Of a DNA stretch of 64,000 nucleotides, positions 30,901 through 40,381 are shown piece after piece (the first letter of the stretch is position 1; every line of letters begins with the position of its first letter). Under the pieces are notes generated by a model. The model made no database searches. It was not told where the DNA came from and saw nothing but the letters and a program-made list of their open reading frames with translations. A program made the translations under genes and the position numbers. Source of the stretch: Acidobacteriota bacterium (GTDB lineage Bacteria > Acidobacteriota > UBA6911 > RPQK01 > JAJDTT01); the NCBI GenBank assembly GCA_965209055.1, contig OZ242374.1, forward strand, positions 3,168,001 to 3,232,000, read 5' to 3'.

Positions 30901-31380
30901 TAGCAGACGGCGGTCCCACGGCGTCCCGGCGACGCTCGGAGGCTTGAGGGCCTGTTCATTCTCCTTGTACCAGCGGCGAAGGTCGGACCAGCGGTCTCCG
31001 CAATAGGCGACGGCGGAAAGCTGTAGCACAAAATACAGGCGATCGTGTCTCTCAACTGGAACCGGCAGCAAACGGCGGATGTCGAACGCACGGAAAGACG
31101 CGGCGGTCGCTTGATCGCGCAGTTCCATGTCCTCGCCGGAAGGTCGACTCAGTTCCTCCAGCCCTTCGATCGCAGCCATCTCGAACGCGAGCGCAACCCG
31201 TTCCAGCAAGGTGTCACGGTCCTCGCTCCACGAAAACGAAAAGGCGATCTGTCCGCCAACAGCCCGATGAGCGAGGCGTTCGTTCACGAGCCTTTCAGCA
31301 CGCGCCAAATCAGCTTCGCCGATTGCGTTCACTGCCCAGTGACTTCGGAGCGCGTCGAGGGCCTGTTTGGACAGACTCAT
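27946..31380 (-). CDS. Ski2-like DEAD/DEAH helicase (Hachiman HamB-like), probable frameshift near C-terminus
   Basis: LPTSGGKT, ATPEK, DEAH, GVGVHHAGL, TTTIAQGINFP, NLAGRAGR; an alternative frame near 28200 gives a plausible end GYKRLWEVLAGETVS* at 28116. Confidence 0.85.
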   Translation of the reverse strand: MSLSKQALDALRSHWAVNAIGEADLARAERLVNERLAHRAVGGQIAFSFSWSEDRDTLLERVALAFEMAAIEGLEELSRPSGEDMELRDQATAASFRAFDIRRLLPVPVERHDRLYFVLQLSAVAYCGDRWSDLRRWYKENEQALKPPSVAGTPWDRRLLYRLFHCWVRLFRKRGWDDLDRIREIIAGLREDQKRFEKGRLQNGSAAEDRAIALRLAALYHWARGTEILASYMLQGQPANPFGSLDKHYDGAIRAAKASGDAQHELILRWMHATARIMVTNSLWWATRAVNSRTTHFVRSLTHREHRATFELLPPQRAALLEQGLLDQAKTAIVIDLPTSGGKTLLAQFRILQALNQFDADKGWVAYVAPTRALCAQITRGLRTDFDPIGLRVEQLTAAVEVDAFEEELLTGTHQPFHILVATPEKLSLLIRNKKVEQRPLALVVMDEAHNLETKDRGLRIELLLATVKLDCPRANFLLLMPYVEGAESVARWLAQDVSAGRSISLGTVPWKPNERIVGLYGASPDDSQRAGWHLRFETLTATPKAMALGGTHRVGGVRPVNVPKSRVITSGRQNGLGLQTAAMATVMSARGTSIAVANNIPNVWKMAAEAAQSLPDLEPVPQAIRHVQDFLRTEVGSTFQLVATLEKGVGVHHAGLSDDARALMEWLAETGTLRILCATTTIAQGINFPVASVFLQSHKYPYGVEMSPREFWNLAGRAGRIGHDSVGVIGLAEGSDPNSVVEFVSRSTGALVSRLVSQLNELAAQGELASLSDVLWQDQWEDFRCYVAHLWAEKKNLDAVLSDSEQLLRQTFGYTSLRNDPSQRHKADALLDATRAYARRLADMPGGVAELADSTGFSPEGVSRAMMELRNLETRLTPSDWAPESLFGEGGRIADLYGVMLNVPQLKRQLEEIHGDGRGQMRISEITRDWVNGKAIDAIAQEYFSREDDDEGGTRAITDACRAIYRTIVNCGTWGIAALSHVSDLDFDRLSEAEVHRINALPAMIYHGVRTEDAVLMRMNAAPRSVAENLGKLYRETVGENDGRYSVVQAREFLKNLSAPRPPGQRCSLRGRIQAPLGSAGWGDGLMKEFITSHLEEAVIEGSGLPPLFVASREQGKQVQTRIGLRRSDARVRTEQELCESQS

Positions 31381-32174
31381 GACACCGATCCCGCCCTAGC
31401 CGCGATAGCCGCGTCGCCGATCCCTTCAAGGCGACCGGCCGGTAGGTACAAAGCAATTAGTTCGATCCTCATGCCATCGGGGCAGCCCTTGCCGAGACTT
31501 TCCACCCGCACTCTCACATCGTCCTTGTGTGGCGAGACGTCCCGGACGAGAAATCCGAACAGCCGCACGTCGGACTTGTTGACCAGATAGCGTTTTCCCG
31601 CCCGTCGGAAACTTTGCAGCCAGACGGCCCCCTTGGCGCGATAGCCGAGGTACTTGAAGAGGTCGTCCCGTATGGAGGTAATGTCGTGGAGATCTTCAAG
31701 CTGCTGTTTGAGACCCGTGCGACCATACATCGCTACCGGCGGATACCTGTCTTATGAGGATGTCTTGACTTCGCCGAAAGCCAGACAATCACCCTGGTCA
31801 TCGGCGTGCAGACCAACGAAATCAGCTCCCGGAAGGCTGGAACCGGGCTTTCGCTCGTCGCGTCCGTCGGGCCACGGGAAGCGGCAGTCACGGTGATCGG
31901 TCAACCAGGTCTCGGCGATTGCCTCTCCCACCCGCCAGTCCTCGATTCGCTCCGGTTCGGCAAGAACTCGGCGCAGGCCATCCTGCTCGAATGCGGTGTC
32001 GACAATTCCGGGAAGTATCTCTTCGATGTCGGTCCTGCCCTTGTCGTCGAACAAAACGGCGGCCACCGGGCCATTCAATGCCGCGTCGAGTTCCTCGCCG
32101 GACCACATAAGACCAAGTCCGGTGGAGGGTGGATCACCCGCGGAGTAAACGGCTTCTCCCGATGCTACTGTCAC
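31377..32174 (-). pseudogene. HamA-like PD-(D/E)XK nuclease split by an in-frame TAA
   Basis: WRVGEAIAE, PGADFVG, FGEVKTS then TAA (31752-31754); same frame continues into the 31377-31730 ORF; ATGA overlap with the helicase. Confidence 0.7.
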
Positions 32175-32262
32175 ACGATGGCCTCCACCAGTCTCTCGGA
32201 TTCACGGACGCGGATTTCGCCGGAGATGAGCTTTGGGAGAAGGGCATCGCGGAGGTTGGCGA
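32171..32262 (-). pseudogene. 3' remnant of a type I RM hsdS
   Basis: ANLRDALLPKLISGEIRV is the canonical HsdS C-terminus; its stop overlaps the next GTG. Confidence 0.75.
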
Positions 32263-32837
32263 CGCCAACGACGTCCCTCATGTTCGCGGAAAGCCCACCG
32301 TACGGCGGGCGGCCAACAGGCTCAAAGACCCGAAGAATCGCTTGCGACGACAACAGCACGGAAATCAATTGAAACGACATCTTGCTGATCTCCGGACATG
32401 TCGAGCCGTCGGCAGTGTCTCCAATGTGCCCGATGCGGTGACGACACCAGTTCAATACAAACAGGCTCTGCAAGCGCTTCTCGGTCTCATTGCCATGGAT
32501 CCTTGGTCCACGGTGGTCGGCACCTCGGTGAGCGCCAGATGTCCGGTTCTAACTAGGAAATTCGTAAGTTGCTGATAAATAAGGAGTAGGAGATATTCTC
32601 AAGCCCCGGTGTCGTCATGGTCAGTTGTTACGCAATGGGTGACAAATCAAAGAAAACCAGCGACCCACGCAGAAACGAAGGCTTGAAACATGCGCCGAAA
32701 ACAGGAAAATCAGATTCTGCTCCCGAGGTCATGGACGACAACTCCTTGATCTGGAATCCGGTTCTACACGTTCAGTGTGACACAGCCAACTTACCTCAGG
32801 GGACTACCGGTTTCTGCCGAGCAGGTCCTGCGGGTGA

Positions 32838-32862
32838 GGGAAAGAACGTGACTGTTCCCTTC
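32838..32862. repeat. Junction palindrome copy (reverse orientation)
   Basis: gggaaagaacgtgactgttcccttc runs directly into the duplicated gene A fragment. Confidence 0.75.
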
Positions 32863-33798
32863 ACGCTGGAAGATTTTCCCGAGATCTTCGGGGACGAGAT
32901 CGAGCGGACCGTCGTCTGTAAGGGCGGCTCCGATCTGAACTCGCTCTCCGGCAAGGCGGTGCGGATGCGCGTGGTGCTGAAGGACGCCGACCTCTGTTCC
33001 ATCCGGTTCCACAGACACGATGACGGTGCCCGGTATGACGAGACACGGTTTCCTCCTGTCGCTCCGGTTGGCCGCCCACTCCTGCGGCAGTCCTTCCGAG
33101 GCCCCGAACGTCGCCTCGGAAGGCGAACCGACGAAGGAGCGGCAGAGCCTCTACTACGACTTCGTCGCCATCCAGTCGCACAGCTACATGGACCAGGGCG
33201 CCAACGGCATCTACCTGTTCAACTTCCGGCACGACCCGCGTAGCGGCTGACCGAGGAGGAGTTCACCGGGGTGCTGAGCGAGTTGGGAGCGCGCGAGACC
33301 ATGGCCGGCAAGGACAGGGTCTACGCCATCAACCCCACGGCGCACAGCGGCGGGCCGTTCTATCACGGCTCCGATCCGGCTCTGCTGCCCATCGTATTGG
33401 ACCGGGTGAAGCAGAAGTTGCGGCTCCATCTGGGACCCGTAGCGGAGGACGAGAAGGCCAGCCTGCGTTTGAGCGTTTACACGGCCAAGGCGGGGAAGGG
33501 AACCATTCTCCGGGCGCGTCTCAACCACACGCTGTTGCCTGAAGTCGAACGGGAACGGGACTGGTTCCACTTTCAGGTTCCGGCGGGTGTGGCGCTCAGC
33601 GGAATGAATGAGGTGGGCCTGATCTCGAACATCCTCGCCGCCGGTCCCTTCGCGGGTCTGATCGGTCCGCCCAACGCGGATCCTGCCGAGTTCCTGAACC
33701 AGGCCTTCGGCCGCGTGAAGAACATCATCCAGCGCGACCAGGATCCGGTCGTGGTCCACCAGATCTTTCTGGAGATCAACTACGCTGACGCGTCCTGA
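32860..33798 (+). pseudogene. Degenerate duplicate of gene A 3' end plus gene B (internal 906-bp deletion)
   Basis: Aligns to 23232-23566 and 24462-~25063; C-terminal 175 aa still open (33271-33798). Confidence 0.9.
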
Positions 33799-33912
33799 CG
33801 GGCCTGGACTTCTGGCTCCGGGTCCACGACCGGCGGGCGGGAGCCGCGCAGGTCGAAACGTCAATGCGTTGGAAACAACTGTTTTGGCCGGGGCCGTTGT
33901 GGTTGCCGGTCG

Positions 33913-34257
33913 TTAACGTTCATCAGAATGAAGCATGGGGCGGGCGCCGCGGCGACCTTCGTCCCGGGTTGCGACCGCCGTAGCCGGCTGAATGCCGGCT
34001 ATCAGCCAGTTCCTGTCCCCCGCCAGCTTTCGGAATTCGCACTCGACCTGGATGCCATGCCAGAACTTGTCCGACTGACCGAAGAAAGCGCCAAAACGAA
34101 TCGACATGGGCGGAGTGATCGACCGCCGGCCGTGGACGATCTCGTTAATCGCTCTCGGAGAAACACCGATGGCGCGAGCCATGGCATTCTGTGAAATTCC
34201 CATTGGTTTGAGGCATTCCTCCAGCAAAACCTCTCCGGGAGTGATGGGCTCTTGCAT
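33913..34257 (-). CDS. higA: HigA family antitoxin (copy 3, intact)
   Basis: Same HTH signature as 27494-27838. Confidence 0.9.
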   Translation of the reverse strand: MQEPITPGEVLLEECLKPMGISQNAMARAIGVSPRAINEIVHGRRSITPPMSIRFGAFFGQSDKFWHGIQVECEFRKLAGDRNWLIAGIQPATAVATRDEGRRGARPMLHSDER

Positions 34258-34288
34258 CCCTATATCCTATAACGTTATAGGGAGTTCT

Positions 34289-34567
34289 TCAATGGTAATC
34301 CATGATTGCCACCTGCTCTGGTCCGGCATCGGTCCACCTGAAAACAATGCGGCACCGCTTGTTTACGCGAATGGAATGAAAACCTGAAAGACGACCCTTG
34401 AGAGCTTCAAGCCGGTTGCCAGGCGGGACAGCAAGGTCCCATAGCTCTCGGGCCTGATTCATCTGGATCAGTTTTCGTAGAGCGACTCGCGAAATAGCCG
34501 CGAACCGTCGATTGGTTTCCCACTCGAAAAGCTCTTTGGTGTCCTCATCCGAGAATGATTGAATCAT
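34289..34567 (-). CDS. higB: HigB (RelE/ParE family) toxin
   Basis: MIQSFSD, DLAVPPGNRLEALKG, HSIRVN..CRIVFRW, DYH end. Confidence 0.9.
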   Translation of the reverse strand: MIQSFSDEDTKELFEWETNRRFAAISRVALRKLIQMNQARELWDLAVPPGNRLEALKGRLSGFHSIRVNKRCRIVFRWTDAGPEQVAIMDYH

Positions 34568-34648
34568 GGAATCCGTGTAGGCCACAGACATTCCTGCCTG
34601 TGCAGGTAGGCGATGACCCCCTTCCTGTCCACGGCAGGGCGCATGGCT

Positions 34649-34885
34649 TTACAACTCGGGTAGTTGCCTGGAGCCGGCTCTCCTAGCTTCGTAGATCATC
34701 AGCGTGACCTGCTCCGGGTCAGGCAATTCAACCCAACCGGTCGTTGACTCACAGAGTCCCACGACAGCGCCGTCCTGCGATACGATGTTCTCGATAACCA
34801 CGGCGACTTCCTTACCTTTTTCAACGTTGAACCTTTCCTGAGGAACGAACCCAACCTTCGTAAACATGATCCATTTGGTTCTCAT
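34649..34885 (-). pseudogene. Possible degenerate DUF104/AF2212-like antitoxin
   Basis: GFVPQERFNVEKGKEVAVVIE ... DPEQVTLMIYEARR; weak recalled similarity only. Confidence 0.35.
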
Positions 34886-34947
34886 TGCAATCAGTCCATT
34901 CTCTTGCGCCTTGCGCCTTAGCAATGTGGGGAGGCCGCGCGGAGACC

Positions 34948-34971
34948 AAGAAAGGGACAGCGTACTTCTCC
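34948..34971. repeat. Junction palindrome copy
   Basis: aagaaagggacagcgtacttctcc overlapping the start of a gene B fragment. Confidence 0.7.
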
Positions 34972-35123
34972 GCGCGTGTCAACCACACCGTCACACCCTG
35001 CTGCCCCAAGCCAATCGGCACCGGGATTGGTTCCACTTCCAGGTTCCCGTCGGTGTGGCGCACTGCGGAATGAACGACGTGGGCCTGATCTCGAATGTTC
35101 CCGCCGTCAGTCCCTTTCCGGGA
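34966..35123 (+). pseudogene. Internal fragment of gene B (third copy)
   Basis: HTLLPQANRHRDWFHFQVPVGVAHCGMNDVGLISNVPA aligns to ~24785-24935. Confidence 0.85.
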
Positions 35124-35336
35124 TGCAGTGACTGAAAATACGGTGGTCGATATCAGCTACTGTCTGGAAGAATTGACGTGTTGGTGCCAGTTGCGTATAA
35201 AATTGGATTGTCCTGGCTGACGGACATTATCAATGTGACAAATACATGCAACGTTTGCGTCCGAATCTGGTCTGGAGACCAGTGCCTGATCGGTGCACCC
35301 GGAGTGCCGTCCCCTTGAATTAGATATGGTGGAAAA

Positions 35337-37052
35337 ATGGAATACAGCCCAATTCGAGTTAGCGACATCATTCGACAGATTAACCGGGAACTCTACCTAC
35401 CAGCCATCCAGCGGGAGTTCGTATGGGACAAGAGCCGAGTCGAGCGTCTGTTCGATTCAATTATGGCCGACTTTCCCATAGGGTCATTCCTTTACTGGCG
35501 GCTTGAGCAAAAGAATAAGGACCAGTGGCCGATCTACGAATTCATTCGAGATTTTGACAAAGAGCATCCGCATAATCCAGGTGCGAACATGAATGGAATT
35601 ACGAAGGACATTACCCTCGTACTGGATGGCCAGCAGCGGATCACCTCGCTCTATATCGGACTGCGGGGCACCTACAGGTATTTCTACTATCGTTGGCGAA
35701 AGACTAAACTATACCTAAACCTGCTCAAACCGCCGGTTTCTAACGAAGAAAATCCTGAAGAGTTGATCTACGCCTTTTCTTTTCGAGAAAGCGATGAGCC
35801 AGACTCAAATACCTCACAGATCTGGTATCCGGTCGGCCGGATCTTGGACTTTGATGACGCCGAGGATGCGAAGTCGGATCCGGTCATAGAGAGGCAATTA
35901 GCCACGTTGTCAAGAGATCAACGGAAGAATGCCAACAAGATGATTGGGCGCTTACACAGTCGCATCCATACAGCGTTGGTAGGCAACTACTTCAAGGAGA
36001 GGTCTCAGAACTACGACAAGGTTTTGCAGGTGTTCGTGCGGGCAAATTCAGCTGGACAACCTCTTGCATACTCTGATCTCTTGCTTGCTACTGCTACTGC
36101 AAAGTGGGAAAGACTGGATGCGCGCAGCGAAATCCATGATTTCACTGACTCTCTAAACAGAATAGGCAACGGGTATCGTTTTGGTAAGGACTTCGTGCTG
36201 AAGGCGTGCCTTTACCTCAGTGAAGACTTACCGATCCAATACAAAGTCAAGAACTTCACAAAGAAAAACCTACGCATCATCGAAGGAAATTGGGCCCAAA
36301 TTAAGGAGTATCTTTCGGCGACCGTGCGTCTCGTATCCCGGTTCGGTTTTAGATCCCATAATATAGTGGCTCCATTGGCATTGCTTCCGATTGCCTTCTA
36401 CCTCATGAATCGTGGTAACTCATCTTTTGATACCTCCTCAAATGCTGAGGACGCGGACATCCAAATTGCCATTCGTAAGTGGTTCACGTTCTCGACCCTC
36501 AAGAACGCCTTTGGCGGCTCGTCTGACACGACATTGACAAGATTGCGGGAGGTTTTACGTATCTGCGGACGAACGAATCCATTCCCCGTAGATGAGCTGT
36601 ACAAATCACTCGGAATCCAGCCAGTTCTGAGTGATGAAGAAATTGAGCACATCCTAGGTCCCCGGTATAGATACCAAGGGCGTTATACGAATCTCGTCCT
36701 TTCTCTGCTCTACCCTGATCGAGACTGGAAGGATGCTGTTTTCCACGAGGACCATATCTTCCCTAAGTCCAAGTTTCAGGTTAGAGCATTAAAGAAGCGG
36801 AAGTACGGCGAGGCGAAGGTGCGTACGTACATGAGGAAACACAATACTCTACCTAACCTTCAATTACTCACTGATTCGGAAAACTTGGCGAAGAATGCCA
36901 CCCCCTTTGAGAAATGGATTCAGACACGAGACGTTAATTTTCGTAAACGCCACCTGATTCCCGATCTCAATGGCGTTTATTCATTCGATGCTTTCGATGA
37001 TTTTTGGAAGGCACGTGCGGCGTTGATAACGAGGGCTCTAAAGAAAATTTGA
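35337..37052 (+). CDS. GmrSD-type (DUF262 + DUF1524) modification-dependent restriction endonuclease
   Basis: LPAIQREFVW, LDGQQRITS, FVRANSAG, EDHIFP...NLQLL...N; lower GC. Confidence 0.88.
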   Translation: MEYSPIRVSDIIRQINRELYLPAIQREFVWDKSRVERLFDSIMADFPIGSFLYWRLEQKNKDQWPIYEFIRDFDKEHPHNPGANMNGITKDITLVLDGQQRITSLYIGLRGTYRYFYYRWRKTKLYLNLLKPPVSNEENPEELIYAFSFRESDEPDSNTSQIWYPVGRILDFDDAEDAKSDPVIERQLATLSRDQRKNANKMIGRLHSRIHTALVGNYFKERSQNYDKVLQVFVRANSAGQPLAYSDLLLATATAKWERLDARSEIHDFTDSLNRIGNGYRFGKDFVLKACLYLSEDLPIQYKVKNFTKKNLRIIEGNWAQIKEYLSATVRLVSRFGFRSHNIVAPLALLPIAFYLMNRGNSSFDTSSNAEDADIQIAIRKWFTFSTLKNAFGGSSDTTLTRLREVLRICGRTNPFPVDELYKSLGIQPVLSDEEIEHILGPRYRYQGRYTNLVLSLLYPDRDWKDAVFHEDHIFPKSKFQVRALKKRKYGEAKVRTYMRKHNTLPNLQLLTDSENLAKNATPFEKWIQTRDVNFRKRHLIPDLNGVYSFDAFDDFWKARAALITRALKKI

Positions 37053-37108
37053 ACACGCTGTTGCATAAAAACTCTTGCCAGGGAGTTTTCTCCTGGAGAT
37101 CTTTTCCG

Positions 37109-37134
37109 GAGGAGGCGTCAGGCACCTTCTCTCC
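37109..37134. repeat. Junction palindrome copy
   Basis: gaggaggcgtcaggcaccttctctcc running into a gene B fragment. Confidence 0.55.
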
Positions 37135-37212
37135 CCGCCATCCAGTCGCACAGCTACGTGGACCGGGGGGAAGGTGGAGTCGTACATGAGCCTCATCTAC
37201 GACATCAAGACT
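37131..37212 (+). pseudogene. 5'-proximal fragment of gene B (fourth copy), bracketed by two junction palindromes
   Basis: ccgccatccagtcgcacagctac...atgagcctcatctacgacatcaagac aligns to ~23532-23612. Confidence 0.85.
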
Positions 37213-37222
37213 GGTGGACGCA

Positions 37223-37247
37223 GGAGAGGGAACAGTAACCTTCTCTC
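37223..37247. repeat. Junction palindrome copy
   Basis: ggagagggaacagtaaccttctctc. Confidence 0.7.
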
Positions 37248-37335
37248 GCAACCAGAGGATGGGAGCCGCGCGGATCAAAGCCTCAATGAGTTGGGGACTA
37301 TTCTTGTAGCAGCGACGCTTTGTGGCTGCCCGTCG

Positions 37336-37461
37336 TTACCGTTGACCAGAATGCGTCACGGGTCGATCGCCGCGGAGGCCTTCATCCCAAGTTGCGACCG
37401 CCGTCGCCGGTTGAATGGCGCTGATCAGTCGTTTCCTGTCCCCGTTAGCTTGCGGAAGTCG
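37336..37461 (-). pseudogene. higA: 3' fragment of higA (copy 4)
   Basis: [17 protein letters not shown]...QR*; downstream flank also matches ~27440-27500. Confidence 0.8.
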
Positions 37462-37465
37462 GATT

Positions 37466-37491
37466 GGGAGAAGTGGACAGTCACTTTCTCT
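37466..37491. repeat. Junction palindrome copy
   Basis: gggagaagtggacagtcactttctct where the higA fragment stops and the DUF5131 cargo starts. Confidence 0.8.
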
Positions 37492-37545
37492 GCGATGTGT
37501 CGCCAATAGCAGGTCGCCGCTAGTTTCTAGTAGGATAGATACGAC

Positions 37546-38361
37546 ATGACTGGCAGATCGAAAATCGAATGGACTGACATGACGTGGAACCCCGTGCGGG
37601 GATGCACAAAGATAAGTCCTGGTTGTAAGCACTGTTACGCTGAGAGGTTTGCTGAACGTTTTCGCGGCGTTCTTGGTCACCCGTACGAGCAGGGCTTTGA
37701 TCTCAAGCTGATACCCGAGAAACTCCTTGAACCCCTCAAGTGGACTTCTCCGAGAACGGTATTTGTGAATTCTATGAGCGACCTCTTTCAGGATGGTGTA
37801 TCTGATGAATACATCGAATCAGTTATTAGTGTTATGAAACTGGCAAACTGGCATATCTACCAGGTTCTAACAAAGAGGTCAGTACGGATGCGTGACTTCT
37901 TAAACGGCCCGAGATTTGATCGGACGGGAGCAGATCATATCTGGTGGGGAGTCAGTGTTGAAGATCGAGAGTATGGAATGCCTCGCATTGAACATCTCCA
38001 GGCTATAGATGCCCGAATCCGGTTCCTTTCGATCGAACCGCTTCTGATGGATGTCGGACGACTGGATCTGGATGGCATAGGATGGGTCATTGTTGGAGGT
38101 GAGAGTGGTCCTGGTGCCCGCCGCATGAGCAGGAAATGGGTCGAATCAATTAGGCATCAATGTGAGGATGCTGATGTTCCCTTCTTTTTCAAGCAGTGGG
38201 GTGGATTTCAGAAGTCCAAGAAGGGACGTTACCTTAACGGCCGGACTTACGACGAACTGCCAGCTAGGATTATCTCTCCGATTCCTGACCGGGCCGAACG
38301 CGGGAGACTCCTTAAAATATGGAGTGCAAAGCTTTTCGATTGGCAGAAAGAGCCCACTTAA
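37546..38361 (+). CDS. DUF5131 (phage Gp37/Gp68) family three-Cys protein
   Basis: SKIEWTD.TWNPVRGCTKISPGCKHCYA, FVNSMSDLF, LTKR, WVIVGGESG, FFFKQWGG. Confidence 0.92.
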   Translation: MTGRSKIEWTDMTWNPVRGCTKISPGCKHCYAERFAERFRGVLGHPYEQGFDLKLIPEKLLEPLKWTSPRTVFVNSMSDLFQDGVSDEYIESVISVMKLANWHIYQVLTKRSVRMRDFLNGPRFDRTGADHIWWGVSVEDREYGMPRIEHLQAIDARIRFLSIEPLLMDVGRLDLDGIGWVIVGGESGPGARRMSRKWVESIRHQCEDADVPFFFKQWGGFQKSKKGRYLNGRTYDELPARIISPIPDRAERGRLLKIWSAKLFDWQKEPT

Positions 38362-38394
38362 CGAACCTGTGGTGGTTGGAGATAATGGAAGACT

Positions 38395-39285
38395 GTGGGA
38401 ACCGATGAAAATTATACTCGACGTCTTTTCGGCCGACCGTCCGACTGGAAGGGGGAGCAGCCTAAGGAGCGGCTTGTCCGACGTCCAAAGTATCCCCTCT
38501 GGACGGAAAGTAAGGCGAAACTGATCGAACACTATCTACATTACTTTGTTTTCATTACAAAGCACGGAACCTACATCGACGGCTTTGCTGGCCCTCAGAA
38601 GAAGGAGTCACCATCTATGTGGGCAGCAAAATGCGTGTTAGAAAGTAGGCCTCGTTGGTTGCGCCATTTTCACCTCTTCGAAATCGATCCCACCGGTTAC
38701 GAAGCCCTCCTTGATCTAAAGGACAGTCAGCCCGGAAGGGACATACTTCGACGGGAACCCAAAAGGGACGTAAGAATTTATTTGGGCGACTTCAACGACC
38801 GCATCGCCGAAATCCTTGATCCCGTCCGAATTTCTCCGAAAGAAGCGGTATTCTGTCTGTTGGATCAACGGACCTTCGAATGTCGCTGGTCGACGGTGGC
38901 GTTAATTGCAAACTACAAATCTTCCGGATACAAGATCGAACTTTTCTATTTCCTGCCCAATTCCTGGCTAAACAGAGCGATATCCAATCTAAACGAACCC
39001 GATTCGGTGTTGTTGGAATGGTGGGGGCGAAAGGATTGGAAAAAACAGATTTTGAGGAAAAAGGACCTACGCCGTTCTGAGGCGTTCGTAGATCGTTTCA
39101 AATGTGAACTCGGTTACAAATCAGCCAAGGCCTGGCCAATTTATGAACGACACGGCGAGGGCCGAGTGATGTATTACATGATTCACGCGACAGACCATCC
39201 CGAAGCTCCTAATCTTATGAGCAGGGCCTATCACAAAGCAGTGACCCCGATCAGGTCCGCTGACCAGAAACACTTGTTCCAATAA
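38395..39285 (+). CDS. Three-Cys-motif partner protein (TcmP-like, SAM-binding fold)
   Basis: W..SKAKLIEHYL, YIDGFAGP, FEID, GDFN, YYMIHAT; adjacent to DUF5131. Confidence 0.8.
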   Translation: MGTDENYTRRLFGRPSDWKGEQPKERLVRRPKYPLWTESKAKLIEHYLHYFVFITKHGTYIDGFAGPQKKESPSMWAAKCVLESRPRWLRHFHLFEIDPTGYEALLDLKDSQPGRDILRREPKRDVRIYLGDFNDRIAEILDPVRISPKEAVFCLLDQRTFECRWSTVALIANYKSSGYKIELFYFLPNSWLNRAISNLNEPDSVLLEWWGRKDWKKQILRKKDLRRSEAFVDRFKCELGYKSAKAWPIYERHGEGRVMYYMIHATDHPEAPNLMSRAYHKAVTPIRSADQKHLFQ

Positions 39286-39635
39286 TCAACGTAGTGCAAC
39301 CTTGTTGGCGGAATTACGAAAACTAGTATTGCACTCTGTCTAAATGCTCCTTGCAAGGCTCTCTCGCCTTATCTAAATTAAGCTCCCGGCAACCAACGTG
39401 AATCCGTGGAAATGTCCGAACGTGGGATAGCCCTGAGATCACTTTGACTTGGTATCGAGCCACGCGTACATTGGGGTGTGTTACGCTCCCCGGCGGCATT
39501 ACTGCCGGGCTTTATGACCCCAAGGAGTCGGAATCGGCCCCCGTTTTTTATGCAGGGGTCCGGAAACCCCTTTACCCTGCTCGACATGACGGGAACTATT
39601 GTCTAATTTATGTATGGGTGGTGAATAATCTGGGG

Positions 39636-40364
39636 TCATGGCTTTTTGAACTCGACTGATCTTTCGTGCAATAAGCGTTTATATCCGTTCAAATCTGTCT
39701 TTGCTTCACATCCAAAGCAGTAACAAGCTGCGATACTTGCCATGAGAAAGAATACAAGAACGGAAAGAATCCCAATGGATCGAAGAAGGAAACAGTGAAA
39801 GTTCAGTAGCATGAGCAATTGCACAAGAGACCAGAAACAAAAGAAAATCCATATGAAAATGGTATAGAGACTAATAATCAGATTGATCTTGGACACGGAA
39901 TAAGGTGCTGGACCAAGCCAACGTTTTTCCTCATCTAGATTCTTCCTTGTAGAGTACAAACGGTAGAATTTCTCCTTTAGACACTTCTCCAGTCTATCTA
40001 CCTGTGCTTCCCAATTCTCTTGCCAGAACTTGCTGCCCTTGTTGACAAAGTACCAACCTAGTGAAAATACGAAACCCAAGTTCGCGACAATGAAAGCCAG
40101 GGTCTGTCTACTTGGCTTATGTAAACCATTCGCCGATTGGATTGCAAAATAGGCCACAAATGCTGCTGCAATGAGTGTCCAGAAATAGGTGGTCCGCTTC
40201 CAGTAAAGCTCGATCTCGAACTTCCTGATCTCGTGGGCTCGGTCCAAAAGCTCCTTGGTTCTGAGTTGATTTGATCTAGTCTTCCTTACGAGATCACGAA
40301 TCTCACACAGCAAGGATGCAATACTTCCTAATCGCTTAGACGTTTGACGTTCCCAAGAGTTCAT
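39636..40364 (-). CDS. Membrane protein, RipA-like octameric membrane family (putative defence)
   Basis: AHEIRKFEIELYWKRTTYFW, NKGSKFWQENWE, YSVSKIN; 4 TM segments; low GC. Confidence 0.65.
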   Translation of the reverse strand: MNSWERQTSKRLGSIASLLCEIRDLVRKTRSNQLRTKELLDRAHEIRKFEIELYWKRTTYFWTLIAAAFVAYFAIQSANGLHKPSRQTLAFIVANLGFVFSLGWYFVNKGSKFWQENWEAQVDRLEKCLKEKFYRLYSTRKNLDEEKRWLGPAPYSVSKINLIISLYTIFIWIFFCFWSLVQLLMLLNFHCFLLRSIGILSVLVFFLMASIAACYCFGCEAKTDLNGYKRLLHERSVEFKKP

Positions 40365-40381
40365 TGTTTCCTCCTTACACT

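Noticed and set aside
31752-31754. Programmed readthrough or recoding in the hamA-like gene
   Set aside because: The stop is TAA (not TGA or TAG) and the partner gene is also damaged; simple inactivation or sequencing error is more likely.
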